Source: Alphaproteobacteria bacterium
GTDB lineage: Bacteria > Pseudomonadota > Alphaproteobacteria > Rhizobiales > Xanthobacteraceae
Reading direction: 5' to 3'
DNA: 64,000 nucleotides
Assembly: GCA_021325315.1 (NCBI GenBank)
Contig: JAJPHK010000054.1
Coordinates: 25,737 to 89,736 of the forward strand
A program made the position numbers and the translations under genes. Below, in pieces: positions 1 through 8,918 of the stretch; within the stretch, counting starts at the first letter, position 1, and each line of letters starts with the position of its first letter. The notes below the pieces were generated by a model. It was given only the letters and a program-made list of their open reading frames with translations, was not told the DNA's origin and searched no databases.

Positions 1-2024
1 GTAAATTTATGTCGGCGGCACGCGCTGCGGCTCGCATAAAACCCGTTATAGCCATCAAGAGTGGCCGTCACAAACAAGCAGCGGTTGCCGCGGCGACTCA
101 TACCGGGGCACTCGCTGGTTCCGATGCCGTTTACGACGCAGCGCTCGAACGCGCAGGCATTCTAAGAGTATTTGATCTTGACGAATTTTTTGATGCCGCC
201 GAAACGCTGGCGCGCACGCAACCATTTTCGGGCGATCGTCTCGCGATCCTTACGAATGGTGGCGGCGTCGGTGTTATGGCGGTCGATCGATTGAATGACT
301 ATAATGGAAAGCTAGCCCGGCTTTCTGACGCCGCGAAAAGTCAACTCGACGCATATCTTCCCGCGATATGGTCGCGGTCAAATCCGGTCGACATTGTAGG
401 CGACGCCGACGCTGACCGGTACGAGCTTGCGCTCAGGGCACTTCTTGCGGATTCGGAAAACGACGCGGTTCTTGTCCTGCAAGTGCCGACGGCGTTGTCG
501 TTGCCGATTGAAACTGCGCGGCGCGTCAGCGAAGTGGTGAAGAAAAGTCGCAATACTGTACGACCGAAACCGGTCTTTTGTGCTTGGGTCGGGGAAAATC
601 CGGAAACGGCGGATATCTTCGCGGAATCGAAAATCCCGCACTTTCTCACCGAAAGCGAGGCCGTGCGCGGATTTATGCACCTCGTTCGGTATCAAAAAGC
701 GCAAGAAGCGCTCTCGAAGGTTCCGCCGAGTCTCCCGAATGATTTTTCTCCCGATAGGGCGAGTGCACACGCCGTCATTCGAAAAGCCGTCGAAGAAAAG
801 CGAAAGTGGCTCGATCCCGATGAGATCGAAGCGTTGTTTGGGGCTTATCGTATTCCAATCCTCCCCGTCACGATTGCCGACACGCCGGAACATGCGGGAA
901 GAGCCGCCGCCGTCTTGCTCAAAACTTATAAGGCGGTCGTAGCCAAGATTTTTTCCCGCGACATTTTCCATAAATCGGATGTCGGCGGCGTAGAGTTGAA
1001 TCTCCGCGACGAAGAAGCAGTACATAATGCCGCGGCGGCGTTGCTCGAAAGAGCAAAAAAGACTCGGCCGGATGCCGTAATAAAAGGCGTGATCTTGCAG
1101 CCCATGCTGAAAAAACCAAACGGGCGGGAACTCATCGCCGGCATAGCAACCGACCCCACATTCGGACCGGTCGTATTGTTCGGGCGGGGCGGTACCGCAG
1201 TGGAAGTCATCAACGATAAGGCGTTAGGTCTTCCGCCGCTTGATCTGGGACTGGCGCAACGGTTGATCGGCAAAACCCGCGTTGCCCGTCGTTTGAAAGC
1301 ATACCGCAATATTCCCGCGGCCGATGAGAGCGCGATCGCGCTTACGCTCGTGAAGCTCTCGCAGATGGCCGCTGATTTTGCCGAGATTAGCGAAGTGGAT
1401 ATCAATCCACTCGTGGCGGACGAGGAGGGGGTAATCGCGCTGGATGCCCGCGTTGCGGTCTCTCCGCAAGCCAAGTCCGCTCCCACCAACCCGAATTTTG
1501 CAATCAAGCCCTATCCGAGCGAATGGGAGCGAGAGGCTGAATTCGGGGATCGAAAACGCATTTTTATACGTCCGATCCGTCCGGAGGACGAGAGTCTGCT
1601 TCGCAAATTCCTGGAGAAAATATCTGCGGAAGACCTTCGTTTACGCTTCTTTGCGCCGGTCAAGGATTTCAGTAGCGCTTTCATCGCACGGCTTACGCAG
1701 ATTGATTACAACCGCGCGATCGCGCTGATCGCGCTAGATGCCGATCGGCGGGAAATCCTGGGGGTGGTGCGGCTTCATATCGACGCGAATTTCGAAGCGG
1801 GTGAATATGCTGTTCTCGTTCGTTCTGACCTAAAAGGCCTCGGTCTCGGCCGGCTTTTGATGCAATTGATTATTGAGTACGCGCGATCCGTCAGGCTTCA
1901 GAGAATTGAGGGTGAGGTCCTAAGCGGAAATACGTCGATGTTGAAAATGTGCGAAGAGCTCGGTTTTAAAATATCGACTAGTCCCGACGACATGTCGATC
2001 AAGCTAGTAAAGCTCAGTCTATGA
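1..2024 (+). CDS. Pat/PatZ-type protein acetyltransferase (ADP-forming acyl-CoA synthetase-like domains fused to a C-terminal GNAT domain). The 5' end lies outside the window.
   Basis: The ORF frame is open to the window edge. The body is CoA-ligase/ATP-grasp-like (KPVIAIKSGR, LTNGGGVGV). The C-terminus has GNAT-like motifs (IRPIRPEDE ... GLGLGRLLM). Confidence 0.8.
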   Translation, partial: KFMSAARAAARIKPVIAIKSGRHKQAAVAAATHTGALAGSDAVYDAALERAGILRVFDLDEFFDAAETLARTQPFSGDRLAILTNGGGVGVMAVDRLNDYNGKLARLSDAAKSQLDAYLPAIWSRSNPVDIVGDADADRYELALRALLADSENDAVLVLQVPTALSLPIETARRVSEVVKKSRNTVRPKPVFCAWVGENPETADIFAESKIPHFLTESEAVRGFMHLVRYQKAQEALSKVPPSLPNDFSPDRASAHAVIRKAVEEKRKWLDPDEIEALFGAYRIPILPVTIADTPEHAGRAAAVLLKTYKAVVAKIFSRDIFHKSDVGGVELNLRDEEAVHNAAAALLERAKKTRPDAVIKGVILQPMLKKPNGRELIAGIATDPTFGPVVLFGRGGTAVEVINDKALGLPPLDLGLAQRLIGKTRVARRLKAYRNIPAADESAIALTLVKLSQMAADFAEISEVDINPLVADEEGVIALDARVAVSPQAKSAPTNPNFAIKPYPSEWEREAEFGDRKRIFIRPIRPEDESLLRKFLEKISAEDLRLRFFAPVKDFSSAFIARLTQIDYNRAIALIALDADRREILGVVRLHIDANFEAGEYAVLVRSDLKGLGLGRLLMQLIIEYARSVRLQRIEGEVLSGNTSMLKMCEELGFKISTSPDDMSIKLVKLSL

Positions 2025-2028
2025 CCGC

Positions 2029-2853
2029 CTAGTGCGACATCAGCACCGGAACTGTCATCGTCGCAAGAATTTGCGCGGTAACGCCACCGAAGATGAATTC
2101 TCGCAATCGGGTATGCCCGTAAGCACCCATCACAATAAAGTTAGCGTCTATGTCCGTGGCATGGGTCAAGATTACATTTGCAATGTCGATATCTTCAACG
2201 TCGATACGTTTTGTTTGCACGCTCAGCCCATGCCGCGAGAGATGCTGGGCGATCTCCGCGCCGGGCAAATCTTCGGTAACTTTGTTTGCTTCCGCCACTG
2301 TTATGATCTGAATTCTTTTCGCTTTACGCAAAAAGGGCATCGCGTCAGCCGTGGCCCGCGCAGCCTGCCTGCTTCCGTCCCAGCAAACGAGTGCGGTTTC
2401 GAATTTTGCTGGCTTCTCGTGAATGTAGGGAATAACGAATACGGGCCGCCCGCTATCGAACAATGCGGCTTCAATAAGAAAATCGTAATGGCTTGTACAC
2501 GTGTTCGCTTGCTCGACAACGCAGAGATCGTAATTCCGGCTAAACTTGGCAAACAAGCTAGCCGCGCCCGATACAGTAACTTGAGGCGAATATGATTCGC
2601 ATCGGACGGCGGTGTTTAATTGAAGAAATTTCTCTTTGGCTGTTCGGGCCGCTTGTTCGTTCGCGGCGCGCTCTTCTTCAATATAAGTTGCGGGCAACCC
2701 CTCGACGTTGCTCATCACGGAAATGATCGGTTCAAAGGCAAACGCAATTCCCGTTACATGAACGTTGAACTGCTCTCCAATTGAGAGAGCGTAGTCGCGC
2801 GCGCGGTCATGTTTCGTGGTCGTTGCCAGATTCACTACAAGATCGCGGATCAT
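2029..2853 (-). CDS. Tandem-domain universal stress protein (UspA family)
   Basis: Two USP domains, with the C-terminal motif GAYGHTRLREFIFGGVT. The start was moved to the internal ATG at 2853 (MIRDLVVNL); the longer ORF start overlaps the upstream gene. Last gene of the fixK operon. Confidence 0.85.
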   Translation of the reverse strand: MIRDLVVNLATTTKHDRARDYALSIGEQFNVHVTGIAFAFEPIISVMSNVEGLPATYIEEERAANEQAARTAKEKFLQLNTAVRCESYSPQVTVSGAASLFAKFSRNYDLCVVEQANTCTSHYDFLIEAALFDSGRPVFVIPYIHEKPAKFETALVCWDGSRQAARATADAMPFLRKAKRIQIITVAEANKVTEDLPGAEIAQHLSRHGLSVQTKRIDVEDIDIANVILTHATDIDANFIVMGAYGHTRLREFIFGGVTAQILATMTVPVLMSH

Positions 2854-2869
2854 TGCCGGCCTGTTACAA

Positions 2870-3283
2870 TTAATAATGCTCGACCGTGGATACTTTGTAG
2901 ACGTGCGTCTTTTCTTTCTCCCGGATCGAAACGTATTCGCCCGGTACGAGATGCTCATCTTCGAGGTGGAAGCCTTCTTCCTCGGCGTCCTCGCCCGATA
3001 TGTCGTACTGCAACGTCCAGCCGCCGTTTTTCCGATGTACGAGATGACCGATTTCGTTTGCTTGAGCTGGCCGGAATTTCAAAACGCGGTAATAATCGCG
3101 AAATTCTTTCCAGGGTTTCGTGTCTATCTTGCCGCTGGCATCCAGCGGTACCCAAAGGAGATAACCCGTATCGGATCGCCCTTCGGGACTCCCAGCTTCT
3201 CTCGCAAGCTCAAGCCGCACATGACGGAAGCTTTTTGGCAGATGAGGATTTGCTGTGGAGCGTGTCTTTAAAGCCGTAATCAT
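2870..3283 (-). CDS. Hypothetical 137-aa protein with no family recognised
   Basis: Intact ORF packed 8 nt downstream of fixK and 16 nt upstream of usp on the same strand. Acidic C-terminal half. Confidence 0.6.
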   Translation of the reverse strand: MITALKTRSTANPHLPKSFRHVRLELAREAGSPEGRSDTGYLLWVPLDASGKIDTKPWKEFRDYYRVLKFRPAQANEIGHLVHRKNGGWTLQYDISGEDAEEEGFHLEDEHLVPGEYVSIREKEKTHVYKVSTVEHY

Positions 3284-3291
3284 GCGACCCT

Positions 3292-4026
3292 CTACGCATT
3301 CAGCCGTGACAATAAATTTCGGTTGCGAAGAACTACACGCCGAGACGCTGGCAATTCGATCGCCTGCTCGTTTTCGAGTTGCGTGAAGGTGCGGGAAACG
3401 GTTTCAATCGTCAGACCGAGATAGTCGGCAATATCCTGCCGAGACATCGGAAGCTCGATCGTAAAGCTGCGGGCTCGCTTGGCCATTTCCAGCAAGAAAG
3501 CCGCAACGCGTTCAAGCGCATTTTTTCGGCCGAGCGTGATCATGAGGTTCTGGACATGATCGAGCTCACGCGCGGTGATGGACCAAAGTTCGCTTGCGAT
3601 TTCACTCTGACGCGCCGCCAGCGTGAGAACTGCGCTGCGTTTAATAACCAGTAGGCGAGATTTAACGACTGCTTCCGCGGAAAAATGATGTTCGCTTGAC
3701 GCTTCGATGCCGATGATGTCGCCTGGAAGATAGAAACCGTTGATTTGACGGCGGCCGTCGTCGAGAATTTTGTAAACGCGGACAGCGCCGCTGACGACTT
3801 TGTAAATAAATTCTGCTGATTCGCCTTCGCCATAGATTTCGTTGTTGCGGTCATATTCGATCTTGGCGCCCATCAACTCGAGTATTTCATCGAGGCTCCT
3901 TCGCTGATCGGTCGTCTTTGAGGCGGCATTTCGCTCTATCGTACGAATGAAAGGAGGGGCAGGAATTTTACCGCTTTCGCTTTGCGTCAACATGGTGCGT
4001 TCTCCTGTTGAGCCGCTTTTAAGCAA
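3292..4026 (-). CDS. fixK: Crp/Fnr-family transcriptional regulator, FixK type (no N-terminal Cys cluster)
   Basis: cNMP-binding-like beta-roll plus a C-terminal HTH (RQDIADYLGLTIETVSRTFTQL). No FNR-type cysteine motif. Divergent from fixLJ. The start could instead be the downstream ATG (MLTQSE). Confidence 0.9.
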   Translation of the reverse strand: MLKSGSTGERTMLTQSESGKIPAPPFIRTIERNAASKTTDQRRSLDEILELMGAKIEYDRNNEIYGEGESAEFIYKVVSGAVRVYKILDDGRRQINGFYLPGDIIGIEASSEHHFSAEAVVKSRLLVIKRSAVLTLAARQSEIASELWSITARELDHVQNLMITLGRKNALERVAAFLLEMAKRARSFTIELPMSRQDIADYLGLTIETVSRTFTQLENEQAIELPASRRVVLRNRNLLSRLNA

Positions 4027-4062
4027 TTGAAAAATCCCCCGAAATTCAGATCTTTCTCTTAA

Positions 4063-4086
4063 GTAGAATCCCGTAGGTTAGATCCC
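4063..4086 (+). promoter_or_regulatory. Candidate FixJ-binding tandem direct repeats in the fixK/fixL divergent intergenic region
   Basis: GTAGAATCCC (4063-4072) and GTTAGATCCC (4077-4086) are near-direct repeats 14 nt apart. The first resembles the S. meliloti FixJ high-affinity motif GTAGTTTCCC as I recall it. Confidence 0.35.
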
Positions 4087-4118
4087 TTAATTCGGCATGA
4101 TAAATTGCGGCACTGCTG

Positions 4119-5609
4119 ATGCATTCATTTCGTCCTGAGAATGAGAAAATCGCTGTGGCACGGTCATACGGTATCGCAATCCTGTGCGTTGCTCTTGCGA
4201 TGCTGGCCCAGACCATTCTGATTTCCCTTGGTGGCAGCGATGTTCGTTTTCTTTTTTTTACGCCGGCCGTGCTTCTTGCAGCTTTGATTGGCGGCGTAGG
4301 ACCGGGGATTTTTGCAACGGGGTTGAGCACTCTCTATCTGATTGCTTGGAAAGAGATCTGGCTCGAATTGCCCAAGGGGGAGGCGCTGCTGCTGCTGGCT
4401 TTCGCTGCGATCGGCATTGGGATCTCGATCGTAGGCGAACGTTTCAGGCGAATGCGGTTGAATGCGGCAGCCGTGACTGAAGATTTGCGTGAACGGGAGG
4501 CGCACCTCAAATCCATTCTCGATACGGTTCCGGATGCGATGGTCGTGATCGATACGGAAGGCATCATTCAATCATTCAGCGCCGCAGCGGAGAGACTATT
4601 CGGCTATCCTGCGGCAGAAGTCGTCGGCCAGAATGTCAAGATATTGATGCCTTCGCCTTACCGGCAAGATCATGACGGTTACATTCGCCGTTATCTCGCA
4701 ACAGGTGAGCGCAGAATCATCGGGATCGGCCGCGTTGTTGTCGGCGAACGAAAAGATGGGTCGACATTTCCAATGGAACTAGCTGTTGGAGAAATGAAAT
4801 CGTCCAATCGGCGCTACTTTACGGGATTCATTCGCGATCTTACCGAACGGCAAAAAACAGAGACGCGTTTGCAAGAGTTGCAGGCGGAACTCGTCCAGAT
4901 CTCGCGGTTGACCGCGATGGGAGAAATGGCCTCGACACTTGCCCATGAGTTAAACCAGCCCCTTTCCGCGATCGCGAATTATTTAAAGGGCTCAAGCCGG
5001 ATGCTGGAGGAGTTGAGCGGCGACGATGCGGCTGCGGTCCGCGGCGCCGTTAACAAAGCCGCTGATCAAGCATTGCGGGCCGGCCAAATCATCCGCCGTT
5101 TACGCGAATTCGTCTCCCAAGGGGAAAGCGAAAAACGTGTTGAAACCATTGCTAAGGTTGCAGAAGAGGCGAGTGCCTTGGCGCTTGTCGGCGCGCGTGA
5201 AACAGGTGTCAGAACAAGGGTCAATTTTGGAAATTTCGTCGATCTGGTGCTGGTTGACCGCATCCAAATTCAACAAGTGCTTGTAAACTTGATACGGAAT
5301 GCGTTGGAAGCGATGCAGAACAGCGATCGACGAGAACTCACTCTTACGACGAAAAAAACGAAGCCGGATACGATCGAAATTTCGGTTGCCGATACGGGAA
5401 CCGGTATCTCGCCAGAGATTGCCGAACATCTTTTCCAACCGTTCTTCACAACCAAGCCGCATGGAATGGGTGTGGGCCTTTCTATTTCGCGGGCGATTGT
5501 CGAAGATCATGGCGGACGAATTTGGATCGAACCGAATCCCGGCGGGGGTACGATTTTCAAGATTACCCTGCCGGCCATCGAAGCCGAGGAAGAAGCCGAT
5601 GCCGGGTAA
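4119..5609 (+). CDS. fixL: Oxygen-sensing haem-PAS histidine kinase FixL
   Basis: N-terminal TM segments. Haem-PAS signature ([52 protein letters not shown]). H-box (LAHELNQPL) and an HATPase_c domain. Confidence 0.93.
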   Translation: MHSFRPENEKIAVARSYGIAILCVALAMLAQTILISLGGSDVRFLFFTPAVLLAALIGGVGPGIFATGLSTLYLIAWKEIWLELPKGEALLLLAFAAIGIGISIVGERFRRMRLNAAAVTEDLREREAHLKSILDTVPDAMVVIDTEGIIQSFSAAAERLFGYPAAEVVGQNVKILMPSPYRQDHDGYIRRYLATGERRIIGIGRVVVGERKDGSTFPMELAVGEMKSSNRRYFTGFIRDLTERQKTETRLQELQAELVQISRLTAMGEMASTLAHELNQPLSAIANYLKGSSRMLEELSGDDAAAVRGAVNKAADQALRAGQIIRRLREFVSQGESEKRVETIAKVAEEASALALVGARETGVRTRVNFGNFVDLVLVDRIQIQQVLVNLIRNALEAMQNSDRRELTLTTKKTKPDTIEISVADTGTGISPEIAEHLFQPFFTTKPHGMGVGLSISRAIVEDHGGRIWIEPNPGGGTIFKITLPAIEAEEEADAG

Positions 5610-6213
5610 GACAGTTCACGTGGTCGACGACGATGCCGCGATGCGCGATTCGTTACGCTTTCTGTTGAAATCGGCAAAGCTCGATGTGCGCACGTATGAG
5701 TCCGCCGATGCGTTCTTGCGCGCGCTTCCTGAAATTAAAGGAGGCTGCGTGCTTACCGACGTGAGGATGCCTGGATTGTCGGGAATCGACTTGTTGCACA
5801 GGTTGAAGAAAACGCCGATCGATCTTCCAGTAATCGTCATGACGGGCCACGGCGATGTCACTCTCGCCGTCGAAGCCATGAAGGAAGGTGCGATCGATTT
5901 TCTGGAAAAGCCCTTTGACGATGAGGTTCTGCTGAAGGCAACGCGTTCCGCGCTCGATCGCTATGAAAAAGATGCAAAAAAGGGCGCAGAGAAAGCCGAA
6001 ATCCTCTCAAGGCTCGCCTTGCTCTCGCAGCGCGAGCGGCAGGTTCTGGAGGGGCTCATCGCCGGTCAGCCGAATAAAGTAATCGCTGCCGATCATCAGA
6101 TCAGCCCGCGAACGGTCGAAATTTATCGGGCGCACGTCATGAGCAAGATGCAGGCGGATAGCCTATCGGAACTCGTCCGCATGGCGCTGGTCGCGGGCCT
6201 TTTTGAAAAATAG
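5599..6213 (+). CDS. fixJ: Response regulator FixJ (receiver domain plus LuxR-type HTH)
   Basis: The ATG at 5599 gives [12 protein letters not shown]... and overlaps the fixL stop by 11 nt. Receiver domain plus [24 protein letters not shown]. The longer listed ORF (5299) is an N-terminal artefact inside fixL. Confidence 0.93.
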   Translation: MPGKTVHVVDDDAAMRDSLRFLLKSAKLDVRTYESADAFLRALPEIKGGCVLTDVRMPGLSGIDLLHRLKKTPIDLPVIVMTGHGDVTLAVEAMKEGAIDFLEKPFDDEVLLKATRSALDRYEKDAKKGAEKAEILSRLALLSQRERQVLEGLIAGQPNKVIAADHQISPRTVEIYRAHVMSKMQADSLSELVRMALVAGLFEK

Positions 6214-6221
6214 GATTTTCA

Positions 6222-6235
6222 TTGCGCTAAATCAA
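6222..6235 (+). promoter_or_regulatory. FixK/FNR-type box TTGCGCTAAATCAA
   Basis: Matches TTG(A/C)-N6-(T/G)CAA. The centre at 6228.5 is 40.5 nt upstream of the nitroreductase ATG at 6269. Confidence 0.6.
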
Positions 6236-6268
6236 AACGTGAAATGATGGCTGGCGCAATAAATAGCG

Positions 6269-7312
6269 ATGCTGGCGAACATAAGCGCATCAGAAAATTA
6301 CGATCAGTCTGCAGATCCTTGGCAAGTAGACGCTGCCGCATTCCCCCGAAACGGAACGGCGATTGAGAAGCTGCGCTTCTTTCTCCGCTATGCTGTTCTC
6401 GCGCCGTCAAACCACAATAGCCAGCCTTGGGCAGTGCGCATTGCCCGGGATCATATCGATCTGCTCGCGGATCGTTCGCGTTCACTACCGATCTCGGATC
6501 CTTTCGATCGGGAGCTGATTATTTCATGCGGGGCGTTCCTTGCTTTTTTCGAGATTGCCGCACGCGCGTTTGGCTGTTTGCTGAGTATCGAACGGTTTCC
6601 CGACCGGGCAAACCAAGATGTCCTGGCCCGGATTTGGCTCAAACGCTACGATCCGGGGTCACCAAATTTGCCTCTGCTCGATGACATCCTGGCGCGCAGA
6701 ACCAATCGTCATGCCTTTGATTCCGCGCCCGTAACAAACGAGGAACAAGAACTTCTTTCCTTCGCAGCGGGTTCCGATCGTGCGCGCATTACCTGGATTA
6801 CTGACGGCACCGAAAAGGCATCTTTGGCGCAGATCATTATGGATGCGGACAAGGCTCAATTCGACAACCCATCCTTCTTGCGGGAGTTGGCCTCTTGGCT
6901 ACGCTTGCCAAAGACATCGGCGATGGATGGAATTCCGTCGACATCCATCGGCATTAGCGGCCTTACGGCCATATATATTGGCCCGCTGCTTGTACGAACC
7001 TTCGATGTCGGCCAAGGGAAAGCGGCTCGCGATCAGGAATTGATCAATAATTCGGCCGCTTTCGCTATTTTTTCGACGCCGTTCGACACTGAGCGCGATT
7101 GGCTCTTTTGTGGCGAGGCGCTGGGTTCATTTCTCTTGTGCGCCCAGCGGATCGGACTGCGTGTCTCCTATTTGAACCAACCTTGCGAGGTCGACAATAC
7201 TCGTTTCCGGCTGGCGATGCTGGGCTCGATGAAAAGCAATCCGCAGCTTGTTCTCCGGCTGGGACGAACCGAGTTCTCACCGCCTCCTACGCCGCGCCGG
7301 CGGCTAGTATGA
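6269..7312 (+). CDS. Acg-family (tandem nitroreductase-fold) FMN-binding protein
   Basis: About 347 aa with a nitroreductase motif (APSNHNSQPW). Size and architecture are typical of Acg/Rv2032-like proteins. Confidence 0.75.
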   Translation: MLANISASENYDQSADPWQVDAAAFPRNGTAIEKLRFFLRYAVLAPSNHNSQPWAVRIARDHIDLLADRSRSLPISDPFDRELIISCGAFLAFFEIAARAFGCLLSIERFPDRANQDVLARIWLKRYDPGSPNLPLLDDILARRTNRHAFDSAPVTNEEQELLSFAAGSDRARITWITDGTEKASLAQIIMDADKAQFDNPSFLRELASWLRLPKTSAMDGIPSTSIGISGLTAIYIGPLLVRTFDVGQGKAARDQELINNSAAFAIFSTPFDTERDWLFCGEALGSFLLCAQRIGLRVSYLNQPCEVDNTRFRLAMLGSMKSNPQLVLRLGRTEFSPPPTPRRRLV

Positions 7313-7331
7313 AACAGCGCCCATTCAAACG

Positions 7332-7508
7332 CTAAAATTTAATGCTGCTGCGCGTGGGGCTATGTTCGACGCGAATGATCTTTTTTTGGAGATAATTTTC
7401 GATAGCATCGACCCAGGGGGACGGCACGACGTAGACCCAAACAAGATAGCAAATCGCCCAAAGCAATATGATCGTAACTGTAGGATGTTTTCGAATGGCA
7501 TCAATCAT
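7332..7508 (-). CDS. Hypothetical small single-TM membrane protein (58 aa from the ATG at 7508)
   Basis: ORF with a hydrophobic segment (VTIILLWAICYLVWVYVV). The listed TTG start at 7526 lies upstream of the transcription start predicted from the FixK box. Confidence 0.3.
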   Translation of the reverse strand: MIDAIRKHPTVTIILLWAICYLVWVYVVPSPWVDAIENYLQKKIIRVEHSPTRSSIKF

Positions 7509-7543
7509 CGTGCATGCTCGTAGCAAAGGCGCGATACATCGGC

Positions 7544-7557
7544 TTGATCCAGATCAA
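7544..7557. promoter_or_regulatory. Consensus FixK/FNR box TTGATCCAGATCAA between divergent small genes
   Basis: Both half-sites are perfect (TTGAT / ATCAA) with 4-nt spacing, sitting in an AT-rich intergenic region. Confidence 0.75.
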
Positions 7558-7615
7558 CGAGATTCAGGTAATCCCGATTAATATATTTATAAATTGGCCA
7601 AACGGGTGTTTTCAA

Positions 7616-7720
7616 ATGACTGCTTTCGGGCAAGGAAATTTCGCTCCTTTCTTCACCGCCGTCGTTATTTCTGTTGTGGTGATCGCTTTATTTTTTGTGT
7701 TTTTCTCGCCGGCTTTATGA
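7616..7720 (+). CDS. Hypothetical 34-aa hydrophobic peptide translationally coupled to the cytochrome c gene
   Basis: MTAFGQGNFAPFFTAVVISVVVIALFFVFFSPAL. Its TGA stop overlaps the ATG of the next gene (ATGA at 7717-7720). Confidence 0.4.
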   Translation: MTAFGQGNFAPFFTAVVISVVVIALFFVFFSPAL

Positions 7721-8040
7721 TGATCTGCTGGCGATTTATGCTCGTATTGGGCATGTTCCTCGCGCTCTCATCAAACGGTATGCGAGCCAAAGCTGGCGAT
7801 GCTGTTCGCGGCCAGGAACTCGCTGCGATGTGGTGCAGTTCTTGTCACCTTCCCCGAGAAAGCAAGCCGCACAATATGATGGTGGCTCCGCCTTTCGAAG
7901 AAGTGGCGCAACGGAGCAATATAAACGCCAAAACGCTGGCTCAATTATTGATGTCACCTCACCCGGCAATGCCGGATCGCGGGCTTAGCCGCGAGGAGGC
8001 GGACGATATCGGAGCTTATCTCCTGTCGCTGCAGAAATAA
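7717..8040 (+). CDS. Small periplasmic class I c-type cytochrome
   Basis: Signal peptide (MMICWRFMLVLGMFLALSSNG), a CSSCH haem-binding motif, and a distal Met candidate (HPAMP). The start was set at ATG 7717 instead of TTG 7594. Confidence 0.8.
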   Translation: MMICWRFMLVLGMFLALSSNGMRAKAGDAVRGQELAAMWCSSCHLPRESKPHNMMVAPPFEEVAQRSNINAKTLAQLLMSPHPAMPDRGLSREEADDIGAYLLSLQK

Positions 8041-8071
8041 TCCGCAGCTCTACCGTCTCTCTGCAAGAAGC

Positions 8072-8085
8072 TTGAGCCAGATCAA
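8072..8085 (+). promoter_or_regulatory. FixK/FNR-type box TTGAGCCAGATCAA
   Basis: 13 of 14 positions are identical to the box at 7544. The centre at 8078.5 predicts a TSS near 8120, 20 nt upstream of ATG 8140. Confidence 0.65.
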
Positions 8086-8139
8086 GGGCGCTTACGGGGC
8101 GAACGGCTATTTTTGGAAAAATCTTTTAGGATTTTGCCA

Positions 8140-8883
8140 ATGTTTGTCGTCAACGTGATGATGCCCTATGCGATCACGATCAACCGCAGGGCGCCAATAC
8201 GCGACGCGATCCGGCTGATGCTGAAACACCAAATCAGCGGACTTCCCGTAGTTGATGACGAGGGCGCGCTGGTTGGCATCTTGAGCGAAAGTGATTTTTT
8301 GCACCGCGTGGAAATCGGCACCGAACGCCGCCGCAGCTGTTGGCTTGGCTTTTTGTTTAACGCCGAAAGACTTGCTTCAGAATATATTCATGACCATGGC
8401 CGAACGGTCGAAGACGTCATGACGAAAGCACCGGTGGTCACCGTCACGGAATTGACCGATCTTGAGAGCGCGGCCAAGTTGATGGAAGAGCACAAGATTA
8501 AGCGGCTCCCGGTCATGAGGGGAGATCGTATCATAGGCATATTGACGCGAGCGAGTTTGATCAAAGCCATTATGATGCAAGGAAAAAGCATGCCGATGCC
8601 GAAGAAAAGCGATCAGGAATTACGAGGCAGGATTTTCGAAGAGGTGCAACAAGCGCAATGGCTCGTCGCCCCGCTCCTCGATATTCAAGTGAAGAACGGG
8701 AACGCGCGGATAAGCGGAGTCGTTTACGATGAACGGCAGGAAGAAGCGATCAAGGTTCTTGTTGAAAACGTGCCGGGCGTGAAATCGGTGGCAAGCGAAT
8801 TGGCTTGGATCGAGCCTTTATCCGGGGCTGTAATTCTTTCCCCGGGGGAGGAGAAAACGCCGAAAATCATCACCCTGCATTAA
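8140..8883 (+). CDS. CBS-pair plus BON domain protein (copy 1)
   Basis: Two CBS motifs (ISGLPVVDDEGALVGILSESD; IKRLPVMRGDRIIGILTRASL) and a C-terminal BON-like segment (ISGVVYDERQEEAIKVLVENVPGVKSV). Confidence 0.85.
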   Translation: MFVVNVMMPYAITINRRAPIRDAIRLMLKHQISGLPVVDDEGALVGILSESDFLHRVEIGTERRRSCWLGFLFNAERLASEYIHDHGRTVEDVMTKAPVVTVTELTDLESAAKLMEEHKIKRLPVMRGDRIIGILTRASLIKAIMMQGKSMPMPKKSDQELRGRIFEEVQQAQWLVAPLLDIQVKNGNARISGVVYDERQEEAIKVLVENVPGVKSVASELAWIEPLSGAVILSPGEEKTPKIITLH

Positions 8884-8918
8884 GGTCGCCGCACGCCGTC
8901 ATTTAGAGAGGAGCTTTC

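Noticed and set aside
5299-5598. N-terminal extensions of listed ORFs: fixJ 5299, TDT 24097, glpK 33814, ybdK 51817, rluB up to 40742, ubiA up to 50742, coxB 57625, mutL 36908, and others
   Set aside because: The extensions overlap the preceding genes in other frames or run antisense through neighbours, and they lack homology-like sequence. Internal start codons give canonical N-termini, so I trimmed the coordinates.
7594-7716. TTG start at 7594 for the cytochrome c gene, and TTG 8113 for CBS-BON copy 1
   Set aside because: For 7594, the extension is Arg/Cys-rich, precedes the obvious signal peptide and overlaps the better-supported 34-aa ORF in another frame. The predicted FixK-dependent TSS near 7592 also leaves no room for a leader or SD for it. 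For 8113, that start lies upstream of the predicted TSS near 8120.
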